In this document: piece after piece, positions 23,829 through 37,402 of the stretch | Numbering within the stretch: the stretch's first letter is position 1 | Layout: every line of letters begins with the position of its first letter | Origin: Rozella allomycis CSF55 | Lineage: Eukaryota | Length of the DNA: 64,000 bases | Direction of reading: 5' to 3' | Assembly (NCBI GenBank): GCA_000442015.1 | Contig: KE560848.1 | Coordinates: forward strand, 62,001-126,000 | Position numbers and translations under genes: made by a program | Notes under the pieces: generated by a model | Told to the model about the DNA's origin: nothing | Database searches by the model: none | What the model saw: only the letters and a program-made list of their open reading frames with translations

Positions 23829-25270
23829 ATGAACATTCCTTTGCTAAAAAGATTTTACCGAGTAAATAAATATTTCTTTATTTTTTTAGAAATCCTCAAA
23901 CCAATTAAGCTTAATTGACACATTACAAATTCCAGAGGCGATGCCTCTTTTGATGGAATATTATAAGGGCAAAAACTTGGATATGTATTTGCAACTACAT
24001 GTTTCTGTGCAAGGAATTCAAGCCATTAATAACTTTAACGAATGCGATGATCTAAAGAAACTAGAAGTTTTAAGAGAGACTATAGTGCAAATTTACAACA
24101 AGTTTTTCAATGGGAGAATTCTAGTAAAGTCTGAATTAATTGAAAGATTTGATTCTCTAGTTAAAATCACCAAATCAAATCAAGGAATCCATGAAGATGA
24201 TAAAAGCACAATTGAAGCCATGTTCGCTTTACTATTAGAAATTGACCAGAATTTCTTTAGCATTTTAATGGAAAACTTTAGTGAATTTTTAAATACGGAA
24301 GAATTTAAACTCCTGAATCTAGAAAATACTGCAAAGGCTAGTCAAAGAGAATCGGTTTCCTCTTCAACTACGAATTTAAGCGATTCTTTAATCAAAACCA
24401 AAACCTTTCATCAAAAATATTTCAATTGGAAGGGTGAAAACATAAAAGAGCTTGTCGAAGCCTATAAAAGAGATGGTAAACCTACTTTGTTACATTGATA
24501 GGCCCTCCTCCGCTTTCCACTGATCTGAGTGATATTTTATCCGTTTCATATGGAATATCTTGTTTTTATGAATATTTGGAGAAAAATGGAAGTTCCCAAG
24601 GTATAATTTGGCAGGGCGAATCAGGAATCGACTATTTGGACTATTGGTAAAATAACTTTGGTCCTATTCCAGGGTTCTTATTGAATGTTATGCAGACTGG
24701 AGCTTAAAAGATAAAGAAGCAATGAAAATTGACGAAAATAGCCAGAGAATCGCTGCAGCAAAAATATTTGACACATTCTTCGATGGCCCAAAACAAATTA
24801 AACAAATGCCAAAAGAGATAATTCAGGGCATGGAAAGATATATATCCAATAAATTAGATGAAGATGGAAACGTCTCCTACTTTGATTCATTTATCAAGGC
24901 GCAAAAAGAAGTACTTGATCGCCTTTCCAAAAGATATTGGATTAAGTTTCTGGAAAGCTCCGAGTACAAAAAATTTCAAACCCTTCGTTTCAAGCATGTA
25001 TCGAACTTGGATAAATATCCGAAGGCAACAACCGATCATGCAAGTTCGGGGCCTAATTCTCCATTGAGCGTTCATGATGATGGTCAGGCTGAAAGTTCAT
25101 CTCTTAATGCAGAAGTTAAAAGAAAAGAAAGCGGTATAATATTTCGGGAGAAATAATTAGATATTCAAAAGATCAAAGAAGATGTCTTTCCTAATGTGTT
25201 CGCGAGATTGCTAATATCTGAAGTGGAAAGAAAATCTAACGATGTTCTTTCTGGTGTGTCAGTCAAATAA
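23829..25270 (+). CDS. Tandem RGS-domain protein, multi-exon
   Basis: L.DTLQIPEAMPLLMEYY...IYNKFF...F.EFLNTEEF and LSDIL...FYEYLEK...IFDTFF...AQKEV...YWIKFLESSEY are RGS-like boxes. Confidence 0.6.
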
Positions 25271-25312
25271 ACCTGGTCCAACTACTCCTGGTCATACTTT
25301 TTCGAAAAAAGT

Positions 25313-26364
25313 ATGGCTGATTTGACCGTTCTTTTATCTTTAATTTTTTTCATCTTCAATATAGCTTGCGTGCCTTCTAACCGCAGAAGAAATCCAAGAC
25401 CACTAGAACATCGCGAGGTTGATCTCTCAAACGCAGAACACACTATGGCCTTGGATGTCGCTACCTACTCTTATCCAGTCGGCGATCTTGAAAAAGCAAA
25501 AGAACTTGACCTTTATGTAAAGGGTCATGGCTTGGGCAGTAACAAATGATGTTTTGTACATTGGATATCGTGGTACGGCAACACGTAGAGACGTATGGCT
25601 TGACACTTTGGTAGGGAAAGGTAATTTGTCATTTGATGGTCTCCACTCAAAACATAGCATTGGTTTGGTCATTGAAAACTTTTTCACAATTACGTTCCGC
25701 TTATTATTTGGAGAATCAGAATTGCATGTACATACTGGATTTTTGAAACGATCTGATGAAGTGCTTGCAAACAAAGATATTACTCGACAATCATGGAGAA
25801 AATGTTAAGAAAATAGTTTTTACGGGGCACAGTTTAGGAGGAGCTACTGCCTTTATCACTGCCTTTCGTGCAGTTGAGAGTGTTCCAGCTCTTAAATCGA
25901 AAACACGTATTGTGACATTTGGCGCACCAAAGTTTGTGGAATCTGCATCAAAGTTAACAAACTGGATTGACAAGTATATCCGCTTTGTCAATGAAAATGA
26001 CGTCGTACCTACACTTCCACCGGCTCCGACAATTTACGAGCACTTTGGTCAAGTTGTTACTTTACATGATTGCCAGAAAGATGATTTTCACATTCAAATG
26101 TACTGTAATCAATGCAGTCATGAAGATTTCAAAACTAATGCTGTTGGCAAATTTTCGGCCTACACACAATGGATTTTGGAGCAAGAGAGTATTCAGCCCA
26201 TGTTTGACATCCGCAAATCTATTCTTGAATTAGTGAACAAAATATCCGAAGATACTGGTTTAAACAAAATTGTGTATTTTCACAGTCTTATTCAATATCA
26301 TGCTCTGGTCTCGCAGTTCCTAACATTATGCAAAACTTGCAGAAAGGCATTTGAGCGCGAATAA
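25313..26364 (+). pseudogene. Secreted class-3 lipase split by two +1 frameshifts
   Basis: Signal peptide, IGYRGT, VHTGF, FTGHSLGGA, TFGAPK, RFVNENDVVPTLP and HSL..Y are spread over three successive frames. Confidence 0.8.
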
Positions 26365-26451
26365 AGCCAACTTTAAATTCCACCCCTTTAATATTTTTTT
26401 TCTGATGATTTCGGTCAAATTAAGTAACTCAATTTCCGTTGGTGGCTGGCA

Positions 26452-27204
26452 ATGGATTTTCAAAAAGTTTGTCGTAAAGCTAAAAAGAATAAAAAGAAAA
26501 TGCAAAAATCCATTCTTGAAAGATTCAAAAATGCCTAGTAAATTCCTTTATTACTGTGTATTATAGCGAAGATCTTTCAATTCAAATGAAAGAGGCTGTC
26601 GAATCTATCGAAGGTACATAAACATTATCACTTCAACAAGAAATAATAAGATCAAGATTTGATAATTCTATTTTTGTTGGTTTAGGAATAGGTAGCATTT
26701 GCACTAGCCAAAACGCAATGAACCAACTAGCTCTTTTGGAGCTTTTAATAGATAGATTTTCAAATAATGGATCACCAGTGAAACTAATATTTGATCCCAT
26801 CTTTTCAGAAAAAGAGATACACTTTCTTGAACAAGAGCTGAATTATAATTCGTTCACATTTTCAGAATACGTATTTCTCTATTGAATTTATTAATATAGA
26901 ATGATGTTCAAAATCTAATAGTTTATATGCCTCACTGTGATCACGAATTGTATAATATGATATTAGAAGCAGTACCGAAAAGTCATTGGGAGCACTTAAT
27001 CATTATTGGGAATTCATTTGACGCTATTGTGAGTTCGTAACATATTATTCCGACCTGTATTACAGGAAAAATGATGCAGAATTAGCATCTTCATATCCTT
27101 TTGTACAAAAATATCAAAAGAGATGTTGTGAGAAACCAATTAGTTACCCAAAAGATTTAATGTTGTCTTTCAATCTAACGTCAATTCATTGGATAGAATA
27201 CTAG
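26452..27204 (+). CDS. SRR1/Ber1-domain protein, multi-exon
   Basis: GLGIGS...AMNQLALL, FDPIFS..E, YMPHCDHELYNDIL, IIGNSF, FNLTSIHW. Confidence 0.85.
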
Positions 27205-27274
27205 GAGATTTGTGGTAGTTATATGTAAAATAAAGTTTTGGTTCACGAAATAAATTTTATTGTGTATTTGAATT

Positions 27275-28738
27275 TCATTTTGTATAGTTTGGCAGAAAGT
27301 CGCTTGTGGAATCAAGTTTCTTTGATTTACTTGAAAAGAAGTCTTGCTCTTTGTCGTAACTAGTCAATGTGATGTTTTAAGTTTACTATAATCGTAGCTG
27401 TTGGAGATGATGCAAGGCCTGCTTTAACTTTACTGATAATTCCGTAGACTTAGGTTTATTTTGCTGATCAAACAATAATGTCATATTTTTAGTATCGTGA
27501 TTTACTTCTGGTGATAACGGTAACGAGATTTTGAATGTTGGTATTATCCTTTCAGTCACAGGATTGCGTAATAAGGGTTTTGCCGTAATTGGATTTATTT
27601 TTCTAAATGCAGACTTTACATTCACATCTCTTTGAACATTTATAGGACTGTCAGGTTTAATGACACTTTTTTCGTTTGTGGATTGCGAAGTTATTGGGTT
27701 TGAATTTAGACTTGGCAGGACAGTCTCAATATTTTGGTTTTCAGTAACTGAAATATTTAAATTTTGTTCAATCTTAGTTTGTGCTTTATCCTTGTCTTTA
27801 GCGCTCTCTCTTAGAAACGCTTCTTGGAGAATGCGGTTTTCATTTTCAATCCTTCGCAACTCCTTTTCTTCTTCCATTCTTTGCCTTTCTAGTTCCATTT
27901 TCTTTTTATCTTCTTTTTCCTTCATTTGGAGTTGAAGAACTTTCTTTCAAAAAATACTCTTGTTTGATTTACTTGAATCTCCATGTTTTGTATTCTCTGT
28001 TTCTCCTTTTTTGATCTATATTCTGGATCTTGAATCTGTGATCTTCCACGATGAAAAATTTGCGCTTGATCTTCTGAATTGGGGCTGATTGGACTGCTGA
28101 TTGCATTCGATGGGTCTATTTGGGAAGTTTCAAATGTTTCTCGCTTATCATTTTGAGCGAATATCTCAACTTTTTCTATCTATTATTGATTTCATTCTGA
28201 ATACCTGGACCCTTCATTAACTGAGACGTAAATTGTGACCGCCTGTTAAAGTTGGCCCTGTTAGGATTTCCTGCACCCGGTTTGCCCCAAGGATCATAAA
28301 TTTGAAATTCTTTTTCCTTTAAAACATCCAATTCCATTTGTTTTTGCTTTTCAAGAATCTTCCTATTCTTTCTTTCTTCTACTTGCCTTTCTCAACTTTG
28401 GGTGAAAGCTGATCAAGTTACCAAGATCTTTATAATATGCCATCTTCTTATCAGAATCATTTTTGGACCCTTGTTTCGACTGGTTTATTTCCGTTCCGGT
28501 ACTAAAAATGTCTGCTTGCTGAAACCCGCCAGGAGGTTGCAATGGTCTGTAATCAAGGGACGTTTCAATATATACCTTCGAAAAATCTCTGGTACTTTAT
28601 TTTCATTTTGGCCTCCAGCTGTTTGATTATTTGTATTTACAATTGTGTGTTTAGAAATTGCCATTGACAAAGGTTTCGATTCCCATTCTCTAAAAAATAT
28701 GTTATATTAACCTACTTTAACCAATCAGGTTTGTTCAT
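27275..28738 (-). CDS. Hypothetical protein with coiled-coil segment, multi-exon (boundaries approximate)
   Basis: Minus-strand open frames (27386-27925, 28485-28670) linked by short GT-AG introns; no motif recognised. Confidence 0.45.
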
Positions 28739-28919
28739 TAAGGAAAGAAAAATAAATAAAAACAATCCAACGACAACAATTATTTTTCCAAAGGTATTAA
28801 TTTAGGATTTAGCAGCACGAAATTTTTAAAAATAGCATTTACTATACATAATTTTTTTAAAACTTAAGTGACAAATACAGGAGAGAGCAAAGATCAATGC
28901 TAAATATCACAATTTATTT

Positions 28920-31600
28920 TTATGTTTGCAATTTTGAAGCATACAAGGCCCTTCTCGATGGCGGTCTAAGAATTTTTGGTAGAGACAATCTTTGGAACCT
29001 ACTGAAAGCATATTTGTAGCGTCCAATGTTGTTGAAAACATTTAACATTCTCAAACTACTAGAGTCTCTCAACGTTGTCAATAACTGTGCAAATTCTTGA
29101 TTTGTAGAGTTTAAAATTGAAATCAATTCGTTTGCAGAGTAGAAGGAGTTGAAATCCGACAGAAATATTGCTTGATGAAGAGTTGTTGCCATTGCTGTTC
29201 TATCTTTGCCAGATTTACAAAATGTTATTCTTGCTCCATTAAGGTTTTGAATTATTTCATTAAAAAGAAGCAAGAGATCCATATTTTTCTGGTTATTTGA
29301 GTTTAATTGACATTTGAATTGAGATAGCAATTGTTTTGCGTGGGAATTTGAAGTTGACCCAAGACGAAGGCAATAACTTTCCAAAAGAACCAGAGCTTCT
29401 TCATTGATCATTTTTTGATAAACATTAGTTCCTAACGAAGCAGAAAGAGTTTGGGTTTCATTTACACCCTGGTTCATAAATACCGGAATTATTTTGATGG
29501 GAGTGTAGCTAACAAATTTTTCGTTAGGGATAACTATGATGGTGTAATTTTCAAAAGATTGAAAGTCTATTTTTTCGAATAACCCAACTTTTATTGCATA
29601 TGATTGTTTCAAATTGTTTATTGCGCCAGTTACATCTTCTAGCATTCCTAATTCATCGCCATATGTGCTTAATAAGCCTTCAAAGCTTATGAGAAATCCA
29701 TAATTTGTAACCTTTGTAAACCAATCGGATGATTTATTCAATGAATCGTATTTTTGCAATTCTGTTTGAAAAGAGCAAACTACAAGGGTAATTAATTGAG
29801 ATAACACTATGTGCTTTCTTAAAACATTTAAGAATGTTGGAACGTATTCATAATCTTGTTTAGTGAATGGATACCTTGCCACCAGTGACTTTAGCATAGG
29901 AAAGGTTTTTAACAATGAATCCAATTTAGGGGGTTCTCTTATTATTGATGAGATTGCATGATTCGCTTCAAAAGTAAAAACATTTAAAATTTCAGCCAAA
30001 TCATTTTTCAAGGCAACTTTTGCATTCTGAAAATTCGAAAATAGAACTTTTTCAGGTTTCTTAAAACTTTCCTTTATTTTCTTATCAAAAGTATCTGAAT
30101 TATCATCAATTGGTTCATCACAAATTTGAATTAAGCATTCATTTATGCAAGGTAGAAATTCATTGATTATTTTGTTCATTTTCAATTCAAGAAGATTTTT
30201 ATCTGAATCTCGATACTGTAAAATCTTTTTTGAAATGCTGATAAATTCATGAATTGACCCTGAAAGAGTTTGGCCAAGCTCCAAATGATAAAAATAACGC
30301 ATTTCTGTTAAGCATTCATCTATTTGATTCAAAGCATTCAAAATTTTATTGTAATGATCGTTTAATATTTTAACAGACTCTTTAATGCTAAAAAAAATTT
30401 GAACGTCGCCAGGTTTATGAACGGAATTTCCCATCGTAAACTTCTTCAACCCGCCATTTTCAAAACCCATGCCGTGACATGCGAATGCCCCCTTGATGAT
30501 CAAAATAGAACATTTATTACTGTAGTCAATGAAGAAAATATAATTTCCTCATTTTCATTCATAATAACTTGTTTTTGAGCATTGATAGGAAACCATTGAA
30601 GTTCCTCATCCTTTTTGTACACTGACTTTCTGAATTCGTTAACATTCTTTATCTTTTCGTAAATCAGCCTGTAATAAGTCAATATTCGCAAGTAAAATGT
30701 ATGAAGGCGATGATTTTCATCAAAATTTGACATGTATGACTCATAATGCCTTATCAAATACTTTAAAAACAATTTTGGAACTTCCATTGGGACTGGAGTC
30801 AATCTCTGACATAACAAACTATTTCTAACATGGAAATACCTTGCTTCTGAATACAAATACGTGCATTCTTTTTGAAAAGGTATAACATCTAAATAGATCT
30901 TCATTTGTTCCATCGGCGCCATTTCAAATCTACTTGGTTCAACAAATCCATAAACAAAATCAGCAAACGCAAGCACAGTAATTACATCGTTATCAGCATC
31001 TTCCATTTCAAACAATTTAACTTTAATCCTTCGACTATGTTGAATATAAACTGTAGGAAACAGTGTTATAAACTTGCATGGTTGTGATACAGGTATTAAG
31101 CTTTCTGTCTTAAACACTTCATGAGACGTGTTATTGATTTGATCATATACTACAATAAATATCGGAGACTTTGGAATTGGATTGAGAAATAAATTAAACT
31201 GCAATAATTGATTGTTTTGTAATATTTCTTTCTTTTTGTTTTCATTCCCTGATTCTTTAGTTTTGCAGTTGCAAAGTTTGGACAAGTGCTTTAGCCAAAC
31301 TTCAAGTTCTTTTTCGTCTTGTGCTGCCAGATAATATGTTCGTGATTTATCAGCAAAAGATATTATAAATGCACACAAACTTGATGGAGAAGGTGTAATC
31401 AAGCAATCATAAAGATATATAAACCCAATTGGCGCTTCCTTGGGATTTTTAAAGTAAAACAAGAATCCAGTCGACTTGAATACAAAATATCGACGTTTAT
31501 AATTTGTATTAATGTCCCCTCGCTTATTCAAATAACCAGAATGGATATTATCTTTTTCAGATAAAGCGTAGCTACTTAGATTCAGCTCATTAAATTTCAT
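28920..31600 (-). CDS. Inositol polyphosphate 4-phosphatase with N-terminal PH domain
   Basis: PH domain GYLNKRG...KRRYFV...W; FEGLLSTYGDELGMLED, GVNETQTL, catalytic CKSGKDRT; intron near 30490-30515. Confidence 0.88.
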
Positions 31601-31623
31601 AATTAATTTCGAAATTTCGTTTA

Positions 31624-33149
31624 TTAATTAGCAGAGTTAGACGCCCATTGTACATAGTCTGGACTTTCACATGCATCATATTCATCCAGCAATTGTTGAA
31701 CAGTTTGTCTGTTTTTACTTGAATTAATTCATTTACCTAGAATCATCAAACTCATCCAAAGAATCTGCAAACTGACTTTGTTTGCGATAGTTTTCAAGAA
31801 AGGCGTTACGTTTCCTCAGTTTATCATATTGGTCGCATACTCTTTTAAATAGCTAGTTAAAGAACAAAAATTGCTTTTACGGATCCAATGCTTGTGTGAT
31901 TCGCCAACATCAGTCCCGAAACTCTGTGTGGAGTTTGAACGTAAGGACTCTTTTTACTTAAAACAACCTGAATGGATGCTGGTCCCCATGGAATAAAGTT
32001 TGCTAATCTTCTTTCTCGAATACGAAGCAAACTCTTATGCACGTCTGTAGGGTCAGCCTCGCCTTGAATTATGTTTAGAACTGAAATGTAGCAGCTTCGT
32101 TTTGAAGGAGCGACTGAAACCATTCGGTTCTTTGGCTGTAATAGACGACGCATGACATCCAAAACTGTGGTCTTTCTTACAACTTTCGCCTGGTCAACAG
32201 TTTCAGCGGAAAATGGCGTGTATCCAGTCATCAAAAAGTGGCATCTTGGCGTAGGAACAAGAGATGCAATCTATAAAAATGAAATGGATATATTTCTTTA
32301 CAATTCCTACTAAATCATTATTCATATAACCCGGATAACGAAGTGTTGTTGTGCTGGCAGCCATCACTGTAGAAACAAGTTGATTAACTTGTTCCAGTGA
32401 GGGATTTGTAAGATGAAGTCTGTCGGTAGCGATTCTATTCAGTGCCGCATTGTCCAAAACAACAACACAATCAGCATTCAAAGTTAATCTCTTTAATGAA
32501 AGAATCGAGTTATAAGGCTGGACGACAACATCAGATGTTTCTACAGAATTTGGAAACACCGAGTATGTTTTTATGAGCTTTTTTGGATATCTATCATTCA
32601 ATTTTTCCAGCAGAAACGATCCAAGACCACTTCCTGTACCACCTGCAATAGAGTGACATAGTGTAAATCCCTTTGATAATAAATATTATTTAATACTTCT
32701 AAACTGTCAGATCCATCTGCCTCTCTATCAATCATGTCGATAATGTCTTCGTGAACACTTTCGGCTTGTGAATAACCATGAGCCCAATTATTCCCAGCTC
32801 CTCCTCCATTCTGAGCAACGTATATATTCTCGGGATTATATAAATTCGAATAGGCTGATGTCATAATGCTGTTAACTACCTTCATAACATGAAATTGGAA
32901 TCTATACTCGAGGCTCTAAATCAACAAGCACCGCTCTTGGAACATAGTGATTATCATCTGCTTGATAAAAGAATACATCTTTTCTATCAAAGTCTTCTGT
33001 AGCAAAATCTTCCAAAGTTCCAGTGGGCGATATTCCGTGTTCAGCAGTCAGCCTTTTAAAAAATTCATGGCCGACTATATTTTTCTTGTATAAATAATGT
33101 TACTCTGATTTCCACATTGTCCAGCCAAAATCGTAATGATTTCACGCAT
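31624..33149 (-). CDS. TUBG1: Gamma-tubulin
   Basis: [68 protein letters not shown]. Confidence 0.97.
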
Positions 33150-33253
33150 TTTGTATTAAGGCAGTGGCAAGGGTAAACTCTAAAACAAGGAGACCATCTA
33201 ACGATTAATGAAGAATTAAAGAATAATAATAAAAATGTTATTTATTGAAATTA

Positions 33254-34906
33254 TTATTGCTTTGGATCTAAAACTTTGAGAATCTTTCCAAGAGCAATTG
33301 TTTCATTTTCATTACGAAGGGTAAATCTACCAAGTTGAGGAAAATCTTTAAATGTTTCAACACAAATTAATCCAGCGCAATCAATACGAACATCGACTAG
33401 TTGATTCTTTTTAACAAACGCAGGTTTCTTGGCAAATCTCTTTTTGGTTTTACGATCGATTAAATGCAAAAGATCTCCAACGACAACTTCTTCAACACAT
33501 GTGTGAATATGAAGTACGGTTTGATAACCAGCAGACATGATGGATTTCAAGTTGTCTAAAATTTGAATTCTTGCAATAAAAGAGTTTGAAACTTTGACTG
33601 GCAAACTAGCGTCACAAACAAGAAAGCCTGGAAGGACGTCATTTTCATTCAGATTCTTTAATTTCAAAGTTACATTTTCACCAGCCACTGCGTGTTTAAC
33701 TGGATTGTCATCTCTACCAATTTCCATCACTTCAGAAGTTGTCTTTTGTTTCAATAAAAGAATCATTTACTTTATTTGGCATAATAACAACTTTTTGACC
33801 AAGAAAAACTTTTCCAAATTCAATTTTTCCAGTGACTAACATACCCATGTCTTTAACCTTTTCAGCAATTGGAATCATCAAAGGAGCGTTAATGTTTCTA
33901 TCAATAGCTGGAATCGAGTCCAAAAGCTCAAGTAATGAAGGACCCCTGTGACATTCACATTAAAATACCTTACGAGTAAAATGGGCATGAGTGTCTCTCT
34001 TTTATGTTCTTTCCAGTGAATCCAGAAATTGGCACAAAATAAATATCATTTTTAATGTTAAATCCAACATTCTTCAAATATTTTGTCATTTCTGTCACAA
34101 TTTCATCATAACGTTGTTTTGACCATTCAACAGTTGGGTCATCCATTTTATTAACTGCCACAATCAATTTATTAATCCCATTTGTCTTGACTAAAACCGC
34201 GTGTTCTTTTGTTTGACCTCCTCTTTCGTATCCTGCTTCAAATTCACCCCTTCTAGCAGAAATAACCTTTCACAAATACGCATTCACTTTACCAATACAG
34301 CAACATCAGCTTGCGCTGCTCCATTAATCATATTTGGTACGTAACTTTTATGCCCTGGAGCATCAAGAATAGTAAATCTTCTTTTCTCAGTCTCAAAAAA
34401 GGCTTTTCCGACATAAACAGTTTTTCCCTTTTACAATATTTTTGTAATAATTACTTTGTCTCTTTCTTCGTCGTTGGTATCTAATGCCCAAGACAAATAC
34501 CATGATTCACTAATTCTTCCCTCTTCAAATTATTACCGTCCTAGTTCCTTGGATTCCCTCTCATATTTTTCTATTGTTCTTTTGTCAACCATCCCAGTTT
34601 GTACAAGTATTTGCCCTCCTAGAGTGGATTTTCCAGCATCTTCATCAAATATGACCCAAATTTCATACCAACATGTCCAATAAAAATGACACTCATTTTT
34701 TCTTTTTTATCTGTGGCATCTTCTTCAGTAAATAAAGCTGCTGCTTCTTCAGATTGCAAATCTTTGGCCATTGTATATAATGGACCATTATCTTCAGTCT
34801 TTGGTTTAGCTGCAGGTGCAACACTTTCTTTTTGTGGAGTTGGTGGAATTTCAAAAGATGGAACAAATGCAGGAGCATCAAAATTAAAGTTGTACTTGCC
34901 TGACAT
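33254..34906 (-). CDS. SUP35: Translation release factor eRF3 with short N-terminus carrying a PAM2-like motif
   Basis: [65 protein letters not shown]-terminal [10 protein letters not shown]. Confidence 0.92.
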
Positions 34907-34994
34907 ATAAAAAAATTGCAAAGCCACATAACGAGTTAAAACAATGATTTAATTGGTTTTTAAAAAAGGTTAAATTTCAAATGAAAATGGCTAT

Positions 34995-35433
34995 TTATTT
35001 AGCAGCAACCTTCTTTTGGAAGCGTGGTGGTGGAGTGCGGACTCTTCTTCCTTCACGAGATCTAACTCTGACGATCTTAATGTGAATAGCACAAGAGATA
35101 CAGTAGTGTAATTTAACAAACAATTTTGGTAAAGCATATTCTTGGTAAACTGATGCTTCAGCTAAATCACGAACTGCTGCGGCTTCAACCATGTTACGGA
35201 TATGAAAACGTTTAATAGCCTTATCCTGATTTTATTTGACTATTTTAATATTCTACCTTGGAAACACAACGGTTGCAGTTCACACAGCGAACATTGACAA
35301 CGTGTCCACGGTTCTTTTTAGAACGACCACAGTTTCTTCTTTTTTGAGTCTAAAATTTAATATCATTCTTTAACATAATAAAATTATCGAATTCAGTCAT
35401 AAAAATCATAGTTTTTGTTAAAACACTTACCAT
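34995..35433 (-). CDS. RPS26: 40S ribosomal protein S26 (eS26)
   Basis: ATG/intron/[41 protein letters not shown]. Confidence 0.96.
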
Positions 35434-35519
35434 TTTGCAAGGGTCTAATAGAAAAAAACTGTTTCTGAAATTTACTACTGCCTTTCTACTTTGAAAATTC
35501 TAAAACATTTCAAACCACT

Positions 35520-36594
35520 TTATTGTTGAGGTTGTTGCTCTGCTGATTCTTTGGATTTCTGAAGGTTTTCTATCTTTTGAAGAATAGTATTTTTCAAATC
35601 TTCCATTTTGGCTGAAACCGCCTGGCCAACTATTTGCTGAATGTATTTAGTCGCGAGTTCTTTCTGTTGATCCTTGTCATTTGGATCTTTGTCTTGTTTC
35701 TTATATTCTTACCGAACTTGTCAATTGGATCTTCAGCTTTTAGGTTTTCTGATTCCATATTGACATCGTCAACAGCGGAGTCGGGCTGCAGTTGTTCTTG
35801 ACCTTGGTTGTCTGTTGAAAGAACATTCAACTGTTCCATACGAATGTCCTGAAATGACGGGACCTATTGCGTCATTGAGTTATGAGCATTTTACTTTGCT
35901 GGATAAATCAACTTTCAACTGGTCATCTGCTAAATGAGCTTCTGGTTCTGGCTCAGGTATAAAGTTAACACGTAACCGTACATCTTTTGTGAAGACATAT
36001 TTGTACATTCCGTAATGCCTGAAAAATCTTGCTCACAAGTTTTCATTCAATTTACGTTTGTACAGCGTAATCAGTTACAATTTTGGACTCATTGAAATCA
36101 AATATCTTTTCGCTATATGGTGGTCTTTGAATAGAGTGTTTTAAAACCAATTGCTTGAAGTACTTATAATCTTCTTCCAATTCTAATTGTGGAACTTCTA
36201 AATAATCAAACCATTAAACTATTTGCTACTGATTATTTTCTCAAAGACATCTTTCATTATGGAGAAGAATGTAGAGATCTTATCTGGGGAAAGTCCTTTC
36301 TCCTTTCCAAATCTGCTTTACAACAAACTCAAAAGTTACATTAGAATGTAATAATAAAAGTCCAAAACTATAGCATCACGCGAATTATTCAAATCTTTTT
36401 TCATAAGGGATGCAAGGTATCTGTGATACTAAGAAAGTGAATTTTCTACTTTAGCTTATCTTGTGGATTTTCCAACGAATCAAATTTGAATAATTGATTA
36501 ACGCTTAGATCAGCCCTTGTTTCTTGATATTTAAATCGTTACCAAAGTTTGGTCCCAGCCTATAATCTAAAATTAATTGACTGTTTACCATCAT
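35520..36594 (-). CDS. CFAP119: Flagellar central-pair protein CFAP119/CCDC189 (C1a-32 family), multi-exon
   Basis: ISTFFSIM, FKQLVLKHSIQRPPYSEKIF, FFRHYGMYKYVFT. Confidence 0.75.
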
Positions 36595-36649
36595 GATGAG
36601 TTACGCGGTAATGTAAACATAAATATTGAATTATTGCATTTTATTAAAA

Positions 36650-37372
36650 ATTATTGACATCAATTCATGAATGCGCTAAATAACCCAGATTGTATACTTA
36701 CGCATTTGACGTTTATTGAGTTTGACCACTCATCGTTAAGCTTCGCTAAGGCATCATGGATATTTAGTTTCGAAAGCATCTTTGGTGAAAAATTATTGTT
36801 TTATTTACCTCCTTAACTTCTTCAAAAGAGTAGGATAAAACACAAAGAAATTCGAGTGAGGACAAAAGGAGTGACTCTTGGCACTCATCGAATTGGCTGA
36901 TTATCATTAAACATTCCATTATTTAGATTTCATTTTGGTTACTGAAGCAATAATGACAAGGTGGTTTACATAAGTAAGCGAGTATTCGATTGTTGTTGGC
37001 GCCATCAAAACGATTCCAGATAGCACTTCTTGAAAAAGAATCATTTCATCCAAAGCTTTGATTTCATTCAATCGTGACTTACTTTGATTCTTTTTCATCT
37101 GTGCATACCTAAAATTACCAATGAGGTGAAAAACTAATAACTTTTTGATTTGAAAAAATTACTTCTTTCATGTATTAAGTTCCAATTTCGGAGCGATATG
37201 TCTTCTTCCTGAGAATATTTGCAAAGTAGTTTGATTAGCCTCTTCAATCCCTTTCTCCTTACATCTGAAAACATGGATTCCAACTTAGGTTCAGTAAATG
37301 ACGTAACAATACCAATACAAAGGATTCTTGGAATTCATGTCGCAATTTTAATTCATTTAAGATCAGGCTCAT
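36650..37372 (-). CDS. Hypothetical helical protein, multi-exon (3' boundary approximate)
   Basis: MSLILNELKLRHEFQESFVL/LESMFSDVRRKGLKRL... joined through short GT-AG introns; divergent from VPS36. Confidence 0.4.
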
Positions 37373-37402
37373 ACTTTTGTAAATTGTAATTTTTCAAAAT
37401 TG

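Noticed and set aside
33254..34906. Possible Sup35 prion domain
   Set aside because: The N-terminus is short and not Q/N-rich
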